A stretch of DNA of 64,000 nucleotides from Pseudomonadota bacterium (GTDB lineage: Bacteria; Bdellovibrionota; Bdellovibrionia; Bdellovibrionales; Bdellovibrionaceae), in assembly GCA_041178425.1 (NCBI GenBank), contig JBEGVH010000029.1, forward strand, positions 32,001 through 96,000, in the 5' to 3' direction. The notes below the pieces were generated by a model, which saw only the letters and a program-made list of their open reading frames with translations, was not told the DNA's origin and did not search any database. This document shows positions 47,954 to 56,955 of the stretch, one piece after another; position 1 is the stretch's first letter, and every line of letters starts with the position of its first letter. A program made the translations under genes and the position numbers.

Positions 47954-49257
47954 AAATTAATCGTTCTTGTCTCAATTAAGTTACAGGTTCCACTCATCTG
48001 AGCATAACCTTGAAACACCGATTGACCATCACCACAAGGGCAACCGATCGAACCACCGGGGTTTAATTGTCCGCTCACTGTATACTGACCTGTCGTTTGA
48101 GTGGGGCAAGACGCACTCGCCTGCTCACCACCCTTCCAGCGAGTTTCTGGTCTTTGACAGTTTTTGGTGCATCTCCACGGTTCTTTTGGATCCGCCCATT
48201 CGCAACAGTAGTCCACCATCACCACATAAGAGCATCGCTGACAGACGTAGCTGTTATTCGTCACCGAACAATTCACATTGCCAACTCGATAATGAACCGG
48301 ACACACCACCCAATTATTAATATTAGGGGCCGACAAGGTTTGCTGCGGCGGTGTTGCATTGGCACCTGACGACCACGAGATAGAATCAGCACCCACAAAC
48401 ACGCAGGTTCCCGAGGGACGAGGCCCCATAGGTTCAATACCTGTGATATCGTTGAGAGTATTTATTGAGTAATTAGGCTGGCCACACGTGGCCGTGGGAG
48501 TGGGCGGACTGCAGGTCAGTTTAAATGAGTTGGTGTTACTATCGTATTCAATGTTCTGTCCGAGTGTATTAGGCGGGCACAAAATCAAATTCGAAGTGGC
48601 ACACTTAAGATCTCCCGTCTCCGCATCAAAGCCATAGGCAAATTGATTCTGCCCACAGCTTTTACCCTCCTGCTTTTGCCGACCTCGAAAATAATCCGTG
48701 TTTATATAGGCGTTGTAGTTATTTAACGGAATACCATTGTGATTTGTCGTATCAGGCCAGGGAGGGTTTCCTGCTGCGGCAGGAACACCCAAAACATTGG
48801 TCGATAGTTCACTCTCCTTCGAGGTATAGGAAACACGATAGGCCCCCTTCCAGATTCTTGACCCATTCGGTATTTCTTTGATCGCAACTTCTACCTTTAA
48901 CAAACAGTCGCTGGCACCACAGGCACAAGGTTTTAAATTATCTTTAAAGCAGGTCGGGGTTCCAACTTGAGCCATTAGATTAGGTGGCAACGACGTATCA
49001 AAGAGCTTCATAGTTGCAACACCCGCAGGAAAATTATTGGCCGTGTTGGCAGGATCGAAGTTTCGGGGGTTGTTAAGAGCGTCTAAAACTTTTGATTCGA
49101 CCGTAATCTGCCTCGCAATCATTCGATTCCGAAGACTTGTTTTAAAAACAACTTGAGTCGAAGAAATAAGACCAAGAATCCCGGCACCGATAACGACGGC
49201 TGCCAGCATGACCGAGATGAGAGTGGAGCCTTGATTTTTAGTAAACACTTGTTTCAT
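47950..49257 (-). CDS. pilin-like Cys-rich protein
   Basis: KNQG|STLISVMLAAVVIG leader; many Cys in the C-terminal half; overlaps the next gene. Confidence 0.75.
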   Translation of the reverse strand: MKQVFTKNQGSTLISVMLAAVVIGAGILGLISSTQVVFKTSLRNRMIARQITVESKVLDALNNPRNFDPANTANNFPAGVATMKLFDTSLPPNLMAQVGTPTCFKDNLKPCACGASDCLLKVEVAIKEIPNGSRIWKGAYRVSYTSKESELSTNVLGVPAAAGNPPWPDTTNHNGIPLNNYNAYINTDYFRGRQKQEGKSCGQNQFAYGFDAETGDLKCATSNLILCPPNTLGQNIEYDSNTNSFKLTCSPPTPTATCGQPNYSINTLNDITGIEPMGPRPSGTCVFVGADSISWSSGANATPPQQTLSAPNINNWVVCPVHYRVGNVNCSVTNNSYVCQRCSYVVMVDYCCEWADPKEPWRCTKNCQRPETRWKGGEQASASCPTQTTGQYTVSGQLNPGGSIGCPCGDGQSVFQGYAQMSGTCNLIETRTINF

Positions 49258-49294
49258 TAGCTAACACCTTCTCCAAATGCCCATTTGCCGTTCA

Positions 49295-50107
49295 TCACCT
49301 TAGGATCGGACACGCATCTTGGGTAGGAAACAAACCCAAGGTAGCAATCCCATTTCCGCACGAAAAACTGCCAAACTTTGGTTTTGGATCGCCAAAGGTA
49401 ATCGGCGAACAACTTGCCACAAAGTTAACAAAATCTATTTTTGTGACCAAACCAAATTGACCTTGAGCACAGCTAAAATCGATGTCTTTTCGCAGACCCA
49501 TCAGTAAAGCCCCCGATATCGTAATGGTATTGGTTCGCTCCGCAATATCATGTTGCCCATCAATGGATTTTGAGAGCGGAGAAAAAGCCGTTGATACAGT
49601 GATATCAACCGACTCGCATTTATTTTGGCCGTTACAGTTGATCTTATAGGTTGTTTTTCTCTGAATGGGGCAAGAATCACTGGGCCCAGTCACTTGAACA
49701 TTCCCCGGACACGCAGATCCGTTTTTCATAAAATTTTTGTTAAAATTATACCGATTATTATTGGCGACATCAGGGCCCAAAGGGCCCGTTCTCGAGCTAC
49801 AACCCATGCCTTTAAGATTAAAGCAATCAACGAGCGATTGATCAATGGGTAGTGGGTTATTGGGATCTGACTCCATTCGTAAAACACGCCTAATGAGCTT
49901 TGAGTTTCGCGCCATTTGCACCCCCGTATTATGGAGGGAGTCAATGTTCGTTTGAGCATTAACATGCGACGAGATCTGGTACGAGGAATTGATCGCCTGA
50001 AACACAATAGCAAGGAGAACCCCTCCGACCAAGGCGCCAAGAAGAACATTCGTTAGACTCATCCCAGATTGATTCACCAACGTACGACGGGTCATCCACT
50101 CACTCAT
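49295..50107 (-). CDS. pilin-like Cys-rich protein
   Basis: RRTLVNQSG|MSLTNVLLGALVGG leader. Confidence 0.75.
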   Translation of the reverse strand: MSEWMTRRTLVNQSGMSLTNVLLGALVGGVLLAIVFQAINSSYQISSHVNAQTNIDSLHNTGVQMARNSKLIRRVLRMESDPNNPLPIDQSLVDCFNLKGMGCSSRTGPLGPDVANNNRYNFNKNFMKNGSACPGNVQVTGPSDSCPIQRKTTYKINCNGQNKCESVDITVSTAFSPLSKSIDGQHDIAERTNTITISGALLMGLRKDIDFSCAQGQFGLVTKIDFVNFVASCSPITFGDPKPKFGSFSCGNGIATLGLFPTQDACPILR

Positions 50108-50376
50108 TCTTATTTGATGTTATGATCTTATGGTCTCACATTAGATCTGGAGTTCAAGAGGGTTTTTAATTTGTGGAGATTCCCTTTTTTAAAGTCTCTA
50201 TGTGAGGAGTTAATAACATAAAACGAGCACTGATGATCTTCTATGACTCAAAGTGAGCCGTAAGAAAGGCCGTTTTTGCTAACCTTTCAAGGGCATTTTT
50301 CGCATCAACGAATAAGAGTTCAACACTCCAACGCGCCCCTCTGTCCTGCTGGCGACCCCCTTCGACTCTTGCTCAG

Positions 50377-50392
50377 TGGTACGATTTTAGCA
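50377..50392 (+). promoter_or_regulatory. putative sigma-54 promoter
   Basis: TGGTAC-N5-TAGCA upstream of 50476. Confidence 0.4.
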
Positions 50393-50475
50393 AATCCTAG
50401 CTTGAAGGATTAATAGCTGATTGGCCCGCACCGGGAACAATCGATCAAAACTGGTTCGAAAGAGAAGGCAACTTC

Positions 50476-51111
50476 ATGTTGAGACTATTCATTACCCTCG
50501 GGCTTCTGTTTGTGTCGCACCATTCATGGGGACAGAGCTGTCTCGAAACCCTTCAAGACTGGTCCCCACCAGCTTGGTTGGGAGAATACCAACAATCCGA
50601 ATCCCACGAACCAAGACACTTTCTTGGCGAGGGATATATGGGTGGCCCTGTTTACTTGATGAAGAGAGGCGAGGAGCAGTACCTCATCAAACACTATAAA
50701 AGAAAACAATCTCTCGATAATGATATTGCCGCCTGGGATTTACTACGGGAGCTCCTTAAAGATGATCCTCGTTATCTAATTCCGAAATTCGAACGCCTCG
50801 ATGATCTCACTTTAGAAATGTCTTATATTCCCACCACTGATTTAAAACGATTGAATGAAACCGAAAAAGACTCTCCTCGTGTTAAACATTGGAACGAGAC
50901 TTATCATGATCTGATAACGACGATCAGAGAAAAAAACCGCGATTACAGCTTCTACACTTCATTCCGGCCCCACTACATGGCAAGTTTACATATGCTCGAG
51001 GTGAAAAAATACTTTGGCCCTGCTCAGTCCATCACTCTGTTACTAAAAGCCGACAATGTGGCGCCGGTTCCTGGAAATAAAAACCAGATTCTGATTTTTG
51101 ATCCGTTTTAA
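50476..51111 (+). CDS. secreted protein with protein-kinase-like fold, probable pseudokinase
   Basis: Signal peptide; LGEGYMGGPVY, YLIK, LEMSYIP, LLKADNV, ILIFDPF. Confidence 0.6.
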   Translation: MLRLFITLGLLFVSHHSWGQSCLETLQDWSPPAWLGEYQQSESHEPRHFLGEGYMGGPVYLMKRGEEQYLIKHYKRKQSLDNDIAAWDLLRELLKDDPRYLIPKFERLDDLTLEMSYIPTTDLKRLNETEKDSPRVKHWNETYHDLITTIREKNRDYSFYTSFRPHYMASLHMLEVKKYFGPAQSITLLLKADNVAPVPGNKNQILIFDPF

Positions 51112-51144
51112 ATTAACATTGAAAATCAAAGACGGTTCACTTTT

Positions 51145-51516
51145 TCAGCGACGACAAGTCGTTTTTAGTCCCATCGCAAAATCAAAAGTGACCACGGACT
51201 TATTATGTTCAGATCCGTTGTCTTTGATTGGCATTTGAGAGACTTCGGAGCGCCCGTCTCGGCGATTATAAAAGGAAACTCGAATAACAATTCCATCGGT
51301 CGCGGCACTAAAATTAACTATATCGCCCTTATATTGAAAATCAGAGGAAACTCGGTAGCCAAGATCAACGGTTCCACGTGTTAAGAACCGACCCGACGCT
51401 GCGTCTGTGACCCGACAGACATAGAGATTTTCACTTGCTAAAGTTTCTGTTGAAAAAAAGAACGATAATCCTAAATAGGAAATAAATAATAAGTGACTTA
51501 CAAAATTTGATTTCAT
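51145..51516 (-). CDS. small secreted hypothetical protein
   Basis: Signal peptide; Cys near both ends of a beta-rich domain; GAGG RBS. Confidence 0.7.
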   Translation of the reverse strand: MKSNFVSHLLFISYLGLSFFFSTETLASENLYVCRVTDAASGRFLTRGTVDLGYRVSSDFQYKGDIVNFSAATDGIVIRVSFYNRRDGRSEVSQMPIKDNGSEHNKSVVTFDFAMGLKTTCRR

Positions 51517-51548
51517 GGTGACCTCAATCCTCAGCCCTAGCCAGATTT

Positions 51549-52241
51549 TTATTTATATAAAAAACCTTGAATTCTTTGAAGGATAATCTTTTTTCTCCCA
51601 GCGGTATTTTGTCGATCTGCGATATGGCCTTCCATTGCGTCAAGAAAGTCTGTGCTTTTAAGCCAAGCAGATAATTCCGTCTTTAATTCCTTTTGAACAT
51701 CAGTGGGAGCCGATAAAAGATCTTCTGCAATATTTGATCTGCCATCGAATAGCGTGATGATATCTTCAATGTCGGTGCTAGATATGAAAGATCCTTCGCC
51801 TCGCCCTTTGAATGCTTCAATCTTAGAAGCAATTAGATAAGCGGGCCTGAAGATTTTGATTTTCTGGGGACCCAATGTTGCCTCAATGGTGTTTCGGATC
51901 GCCGGCTTGTACCACTTATTAGTGAAGCCCAAAATTCTTGCATCGGTGGGCATAACATCTAAGATAAGTGCGCCTTTCTTATAGCGACAAATTACTTTAT
52001 CTTCTACGTCTTCAGAGAAGCCCTTTTTTCTTAGTCTTTGAATAATTTCTTCGTACTCAAGTCGTCCGCTGACTTCGACGATGCAATCAACATCAAAGGT
52101 TTCTCTAACTTGGACGACTTCAGGTTCGGTAATGTAAAGTGAAATGGTAGATCCACCGATAAAAACCAGTTCATCAGCTAATTCACCGAGGGTTTGAACC
52201 ATTAGTTTTAAGATGTCTAAGTGAATGTCCCTATTTTTCAT
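51549..52241 (-). CDS. nucleotidyltransferase-like protein (AbiEii-like toxin candidate)
   Basis: VFIGG, RETFDVD, DVMP...ILGF.N.WY, K.EAF..RG, D.EDI. Confidence 0.8.
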   Translation of the reverse strand: MKNRDIHLDILKLMVQTLGELADELVFIGGSTISLYITEPEVVQVRETFDVDCIVEVSGRLEYEEIIQRLRKKGFSEDVEDKVICRYKKGALILDVMPTDARILGFTNKWYKPAIRNTIEATLGPQKIKIFRPAYLIASKIEAFKGRGEGSFISSTDIEDIITLFDGRSNIAEDLLSAPTDVQKELKTELSAWLKSTDFLDAMEGHIADRQNTAGRKKIILQRIQGFLYK

Positions 52242-52752
52242 TCAAACCCTTTATTAGCTTTTTTAGTTCGTCTTCAGCGATTTTACGTTCTCTGGCTCGT
52301 CCAGCACGGATCATTTCTACTAGACTTGCCATTCTATAAAGAACTTTATCTTCTGAGCAAGCATAAGGAAGCGAGGGGTAGATGGGTATTAAGGAGATAC
52401 CTTTTGCTTTTCCTTCTGCATATGGCCACACGAAGGACTCGCCGTCGCTGTGTTTGACATATTTGAAGTCAGGATTCGAATGCGCAGTAGGAATCCCCAA
52501 AGTGGGCGCACCAAGCTGTACAGGATAGAAGTATTTTAATGCATGAACTAGAAGCTCAATGGCCGACTCTCGAATGACCCTGCCTTCAATACTCAGTAAG
52601 TGCGAACCCTTTAGGCGCTTGAGTCCATGGCTGACTTCGGCTTGGCTCAGCTGAAGCTTTTTCGCTAGGTCCATTTGCAACAGACCGGGCTCTGATAGAA
52701 GTTTCATCATCAATAGTACATCTTGTGGTTTTAATCCGACTAAGTTTCTCAT
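52231..52752 (-). CDS. winged-HTH protein (AbiEi-like antitoxin candidate)
   Basis: LKPQD, LA..L.LS..EV...L.RL HTH, H.LKY.YP, GIPTAHS, VWP, RAGRARER; overlaps the downstream NTase gene. Confidence 0.8.
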   Translation of the reverse strand: MRNLVGLKPQDVLLMMKLLSEPGLLQMDLAKKLQLSQAEVSHGLKRLKGSHLLSIEGRVIRESAIELLVHALKYFYPVQLGAPTLGIPTAHSNPDFKYVKHSDGESFVWPYAEGKAKGISLIPIYPSLPYACSEDKVLYRMASLVEMIRAGRARERKIAEDELKKLIKGLNEK

Positions 52753-52788
52753 GAGCTTATCTTAGCACCTTTATTATATATTACAAAT

Positions 52789-52809
52789 TGCAATATGCAA
52801 TATGCAATA
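52789..52809. repeat. three tandem TGCAATA heptamers upstream of the HTH/NTase operon
   Basis: tgcaata-tgcaata-tgcaata, 37 nt upstream of the 52752 start. Confidence 0.85.
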
Positions 52810-52849
52810 AATCGGTGATTTTCAGGCAAAACTTTAATGAAATTTAAGG

Positions 52850-53290
52850 CGTCTGCCGTAGGTCGAGGTTGTATACGTTTTACGGCAAGGCTCGTACGAC
52901 TTTACGCGATGAACCCCTTCGATCAGAGGCTCTGAGGTGGTGGCAGATAAGTTCCATGTTCTGCGGCTAGAGAAGCTTTACGAATTTTATCGAATTAAAG
53001 GAGTTGTTCGAGCGGTGAAGGCTCTTCATCGGTTAATCAGTCAACTAAAGAAACGGGGCATGTAGTCCTCATGAGATTAGCGTAGACTCTGGAAACCTGG
53101 AGAACTGAAATCCTTGCCTACTTTGCAACGGGACTCACAAATGCGAGAACCGAAGCCTTTAATAAAACTGCAAAGCTTGAACAAAGGTGGGCTTGCGGGC
53201 ATAAGAACTACGAAAATTACCGATTAAGAACGCTAAACGCATGTTCTAGAAGAACTTTTTGAAGTGACCAACAGTAAAAAGAGAAGAACC
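52850..53290 (+). mobile_element. ISL3-family remnant (degraded transposase C-terminus plus right inverted repeat)
   Basis: Manual translation: LA*TLETWRTEILAYFATGLTNARTEAFNKTAKLEQRWACGHKNYENYRLR. Upstream frameshifted EKLYEFYRIKG. Terminus ...aaagagaagaacc (GGTTCTT on the reverse strand). Left boundary approximate. Confidence 0.85.
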
Positions 53291-53335
53291 AAAGGTAGAA
53301 GTGATATGAGATAGGTGCCAAACGTTAGACAACGT

Positions 53336-53411
53336 TGGCGTCCCCAAGGGGATTCGAACCCCTGCATCCTCCGTGAAAGGGAGGTGTCCTAGGCCTCTAG
53401 ACGATGGGGAC
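53336..53411 (-). tRNA. tRNA-Glu (TTC)
   Basis: gtccccatcgtctagaggcctaggacacctccctTTCacggagg...ggttcgaatccccttggggacgcca. Confidence 0.97.
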
Positions 53412-53424
53412 CTAGATAAAAAAG

Positions 53425-53500
53425 TGGTGACCCGCGATGGGCTCGAACCATCGACCCCATCCTTAAAAGGGATGTGCTCTACCAACTGAGCTAGCGGGTC
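53425..53500 (-). tRNA. tRNA-Lys (TTT)
   Basis: gacccgctagctcagttggtagagcacatccctTTTaaggatg...ggttcgagcccatcgcgggtcacca. Confidence 0.97.
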
Positions 53501-53715
53501 ACGCGAAAGAGATTCGTAATCTAAACGAAATATTTTTTAAGTCAATGAATGAGAAAAATTTTTTTTCACATGATGCCTTGTGATAAATTGCCAATAGTTT
53601 CAGCAACTTACAGCGAATCCCAAAATAAGAGTTACTCTTTCTCCAAGATCCAAAGCACGCTATCCTCAGAAGAGGTCAGAAAAATCCAGATCTCAGCTTC
53701 ACGAAGGAGCTTGTT

Positions 53716-54435
53716 TTGAGTTCAATTCGCGTTGTTCACACCGCCAATGTTCATTCACTTCAAACGCACACCGATTTGATTCGTGAATTCGTTTTTCAGT
53801 GTAAAGACTCTTCGAGTTTTAAATTTCGTGCCGGCCAATTTTTAATGCTCAATCTCACTAATCCTGCCGGCGGTAAAGATATTCTCCGCGCTTACTCTCT
53901 CGCCTCTGGAGAGCAAGACCCTAAACTATTTCGACTCCTTATTAAATATATCCCTCAAGGCATCGCTTCCGAGTTTTTTTGGAATCTCAAACAGGGAGAC
54001 GAAATTCGCTTCACCGGTCCTTTTGGTAAATTATTTTTTCCGGAGCCACCAAAAAGTCACCTCTTTTTTATGAGCACAGGCTCAGGGCTCGCGCCACATA
54101 TGAGCTATATAGAAACATTTTTAGAGAAGTATCCCAATAAACAATTCGAATTTTTGATCGGTGTACGAACGCAAAACGACTTTTTCATGCAATCTTATTT
54201 AGAAGATAAAAAGAGCCGATTCAAAAATTTTAACTTTCAATTTGTTCTTAGCAGGCCCGACGATCAATGGAGTGGCCGATGCGGATACCTTCAACATCAA
54301 ATCAACTCCCTGGGTTTTGAAAAATCTGACTGTCAGTTCTTTATTTGCGGCAACGAAGACATGGCCAAAGACTCAAAGAACTGCCTTCTCGAGCAGGGTC
54401 TTTCCGCTGATCAAATCTTTGTGGAAATTTTTTAA
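53716..54435 (+). CDS. FAD/NAD(P)-binding oxidoreductase (ferredoxin-reductase-like)
   Basis: FRAGQF, RAYSLAS, G.AS, GPFG, TGSGLAP, FICG, E.F; TTG start with RBS. Confidence 0.9.
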   Translation: MSSIRVVHTANVHSLQTHTDLIREFVFQCKDSSSFKFRAGQFLMLNLTNPAGGKDILRAYSLASGEQDPKLFRLLIKYIPQGIASEFFWNLKQGDEIRFTGPFGKLFFPEPPKSHLFFMSTGSGLAPHMSYIETFLEKYPNKQFEFLIGVRTQNDFFMQSYLEDKKSRFKNFNFQFVLSRPDDQWSGRCGYLQHQINSLGFEKSDCQFFICGNEDMAKDSKNCLLEQGLSADQIFVEIF

Positions 54436-54504
54436 CACTCCTCCCTCCTTGCAAGGCTAAACCATTTCCTCTCACAGGCAGCCAAAAGTGTCTCAACTTG
54501 AAAC

Positions 54505-54531
54505 TCAAGAATTCTGTTCGAATACCGATAA
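54505..54531 (+). promoter_or_regulatory. putative sigma-28 (FliA) promoter
   Basis: TCAA-N15-ACCGATAA upstream of 54576. Confidence 0.6.
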
Positions 54532-54575
54532 GAACAGGTAGAGACCTTTAAAGAAAGGAGCCCCAGGTTTAAACT

Positions 54576-55199
54576 ATGAAAACACTCTGTGCTCGTTTTC
54601 TTTATCACATAGTAATAACCTTAAGTGTGCTTTCGACTCTTGCTTGTCAGAGAGGAAAAGTTGAAATGCAACAGATCTCTATTAGCACCGAGGGACTCGC
54701 CTTTAGCGGTATTTTTGCCGACTTTAAAACTCGGTCTATCAATAAATTTAAACTCACGGGCCAATGCCAATCTGATATTGTTAAAATATTTTATCGTTTT
54801 GATGAGCATCAAGAATGGAAAGAGATCAACTCCAGCAATATTGATTGTGCCAATAGCAACACTTTTAGTTTTGATTTCGAGTCTGACCTCAAAACAATTC
54901 ATGAGGCTAGTGGCTACCGGTACGACAAAGAAAAAAAAGGAAAATACCCTATCCTCGAATTTGAGTTTTATGGCAGAACCCGAGAATACGCCACCAACAA
55001 GGTTAAAATCGGAGTTACTTCACTGATTGAACCCGGCAACCAAGGTTTTACCCCCAGCCCGGAGCAAATACTCGTTAGTGAATCGGCAAAAATAAAAATA
55101 AGAGGCAAACTATCGCCCTTTGGGGCGCCGTCATCATCCAATCTTCAATCAGCCTCGTTTAAAATACGCCAGGGCCAGTTAAGAACCCATAACCAATAA
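54576..55199 (+). CDS. hypothetical lipoprotein
   Basis: Lipobox STLA-C; Ig-like beta pattern with a Cys pair. Confidence 0.72.
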   Translation: MKTLCARFLYHIVITLSVLSTLACQRGKVEMQQISISTEGLAFSGIFADFKTRSINKFKLTGQCQSDIVKIFYRFDEHQEWKEINSSNIDCANSNTFSFDFESDLKTIHEASGYRYDKEKKGKYPILEFEFYGRTREYATNKVKIGVTSLIEPGNQGFTPSPEQILVSESAKIKIRGKLSPFGAPSSSNLQSASFKIRQGQLRTHNQ

Positions 55200-55298
55200 A
55201 GCTCCTAACCCAGCCCTTAGGCTTAATTAATGACCCGAATGAGGCTTTTACCTGAAAACCGCTCGACCATCCGGTAGGGCGACAACTAATATAATTTT

Positions 55299-56294
55299 AT
55301 GAGGCTAGACCTAAGAATTGTATTACTCAATGCTGAAAATCTGTTTTTACTGCTCGATGATCAATTGCCTCCCCACTTTGAAACCCTGAGTGAGTCGGAA
55401 TGGCAAAAATTTTCGAGTTCAGTTTTTTCAAACAAACCCCTCAGCAAATTGCTAAAATTAAAAAAGCACCTCCTCGAAATAGATGCCGATTTAGTTCTCC
55501 TCACTGAAGTGGGAGGCGAAGAATCGCTAAAAAATTTCAATCAATTTTTTTTAAATGGCGATTATCGTTTGGCCCTGATTGAAGGAAACAGTGATCGATC
55601 TATTGATGTTGGTTTCTTGATTCATAAGCGCGTTCCGTCCCACTTCAACATTATTTCTAACAAGGACTTACCCATCAACTTTTGGTACGCCCACGAGAGG
55701 AATATCGAGGGCCAACCAAGTCAAAAATTTTCGAGAGATGTGGCCGAACTTCATCTCTTTGATCGCGACATGAGTCAGCCTTTTCTCATCGCGCTCCTCA
55801 CTCACCTAAAGTCTCCCTTAGACCCCGAGGGGATTGACCCTATGGGAATTGCGCGAAGAACCGCCGAATTTAAGGCGCTTATTGAAATTTACAATAAAGT
55901 CCAAAAGCAGTTTCCAAAAACTCCCATTATCGTCTGTGGAGATATGAATGGAAATGCGAGCCGACATGACACCGAAAAAGAATTCTTGGGATTTTATGAG
56001 GCTACTGATTTAGACGACATTCTCGAGTTGGCAAAAAAACCTGCCGAGGAACGTAACACTTTTTATCCTCTAAAAAGTGGAACTCTCCTACCCGGCCGCC
56101 AAATTGATTTTGCTTTTTTATCAACCAGGGCTCAACGTCTGCTCGAGCTTTCTACAGCTTGCGTTTATCGTTATGAAATCGCCAATCGAGGTCGACCCTT
56201 AGGTCCCCAAACCTACGAAGAAAAGATCAACCTTCCTTCGGATCACTACCCTCTTGTTTTTGAGTTAAAAGGAATCCCCTTAAAGCCTGAGTAA
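55299..56294 (+). CDS. endonuclease/exonuclease/phosphatase family protein
   Basis: N.ENLF, L.EV, EGN..R.IDV, HLKS, GDMN, QID, PSDHYP. Confidence 0.9.
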   Translation: MRLDLRIVLLNAENLFLLLDDQLPPHFETLSESEWQKFSSSVFSNKPLSKLLKLKKHLLEIDADLVLLTEVGGEESLKNFNQFFLNGDYRLALIEGNSDRSIDVGFLIHKRVPSHFNIISNKDLPINFWYAHERNIEGQPSQKFSRDVAELHLFDRDMSQPFLIALLTHLKSPLDPEGIDPMGIARRTAEFKALIEIYNKVQKQFPKTPIIVCGDMNGNASRHDTEKEFLGFYEATDLDDILELAKKPAEERNTFYPLKSGTLLPGRQIDFAFLSTRAQRLLELSTACVYRYEIANRGRPLGPQTYEEKINLPSDHYPLVFELKGIPLKPE

Positions 56295-56296
56295 AG

Positions 56297-56902
56297 TCAG
56301 GGCGACTTCATGGTTCTAAGCCAATGTTCACCGCTGCGCTCATAAACGTAACGATGATGGAGACGCCCTTCCATACCAAACCAAAACTCTATAAATTCGG
56401 GAGAGATACGGTAGCCTCCCCAGTTTTCAGGACATGGGATCTCTTGATCCATAAATTTTTCAGTTACAGCATCGAGACGCTTTTGTAAAATATCGTAAGA
56501 CTCAATAATCTCACTCTGCTGAGAAGCCCATGCCCCTAACTGAGACAGCCGTGGTCTTGATTGAAAGTAGGCCACTGACTCAGCCCGGGTGGTTTTTGTT
56601 ACTGATCCTTCAATTCGCACTTGCACAGCCAAAGGTTCCCAGTGAAAAACTACCGCCGCACGAGCCGTCGCATCGAGTTCACGGGCTTTTGTGCTCTGAT
56701 AGTTAGTGTAAAAAACAAAATCACCTTTTTCAATTTGCTTAAGTAAAACAATTCTTGCATTTGGTCGCCCACGTTCATCAATGGTTGCAAGAGTCATTGC
56801 CGTGGGATCGATTCCTGGATGCTTCTTTGCTTCTTCAAAGAGACGATTAAAATTATCGATTGGACTTTGATCAAATTCAAAAAGATCTTTGCTTTCAAAC
56901 AT
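56297..56902 (-). CDS. pdxH: pyridoxamine 5'-phosphate oxidase
   Basis: AMTLAT, ARIVLLK, FYTNYQS.K, QVRIEG, YF.SRP..SQLGAWAS.QS, WGGY, RLH.R. Confidence 0.96.
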   Translation of the reverse strand: MFESKDLFEFDQSPIDNFNRLFEEAKKHPGIDPTAMTLATIDERGRPNARIVLLKQIEKGDFVFYTNYQSTKARELDATARAAVVFHWEPLAVQVRIEGSVTKTTRAESVAYFQSRPRLSQLGAWASQQSEIIESYDILQKRLDAVTEKFMDQEIPCPENWGGYRISPEFIEFWFGMEGRLHHRYVYERSGEHWLRTMKSP

Positions 56903-56918
56903 ACAAACCCCGAAAACT

Positions 56919-56947
56919 AAAGAGCCAGGTTTCCCTGGCTCTTTTTT
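56919..56947. terminator. intrinsic terminator downstream of the FKBP gene
   Basis: aaagagccagg-tttc-cctggctcttt hairpin. Confidence 0.7.
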
Positions 56948-56955
56948 CGTACTTT

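Noticed and set aside
53246..53485. 79-aa ORF on the minus strand
   Set aside because: It is a translation of the tRNA-Lys and tRNA-Glu genes.
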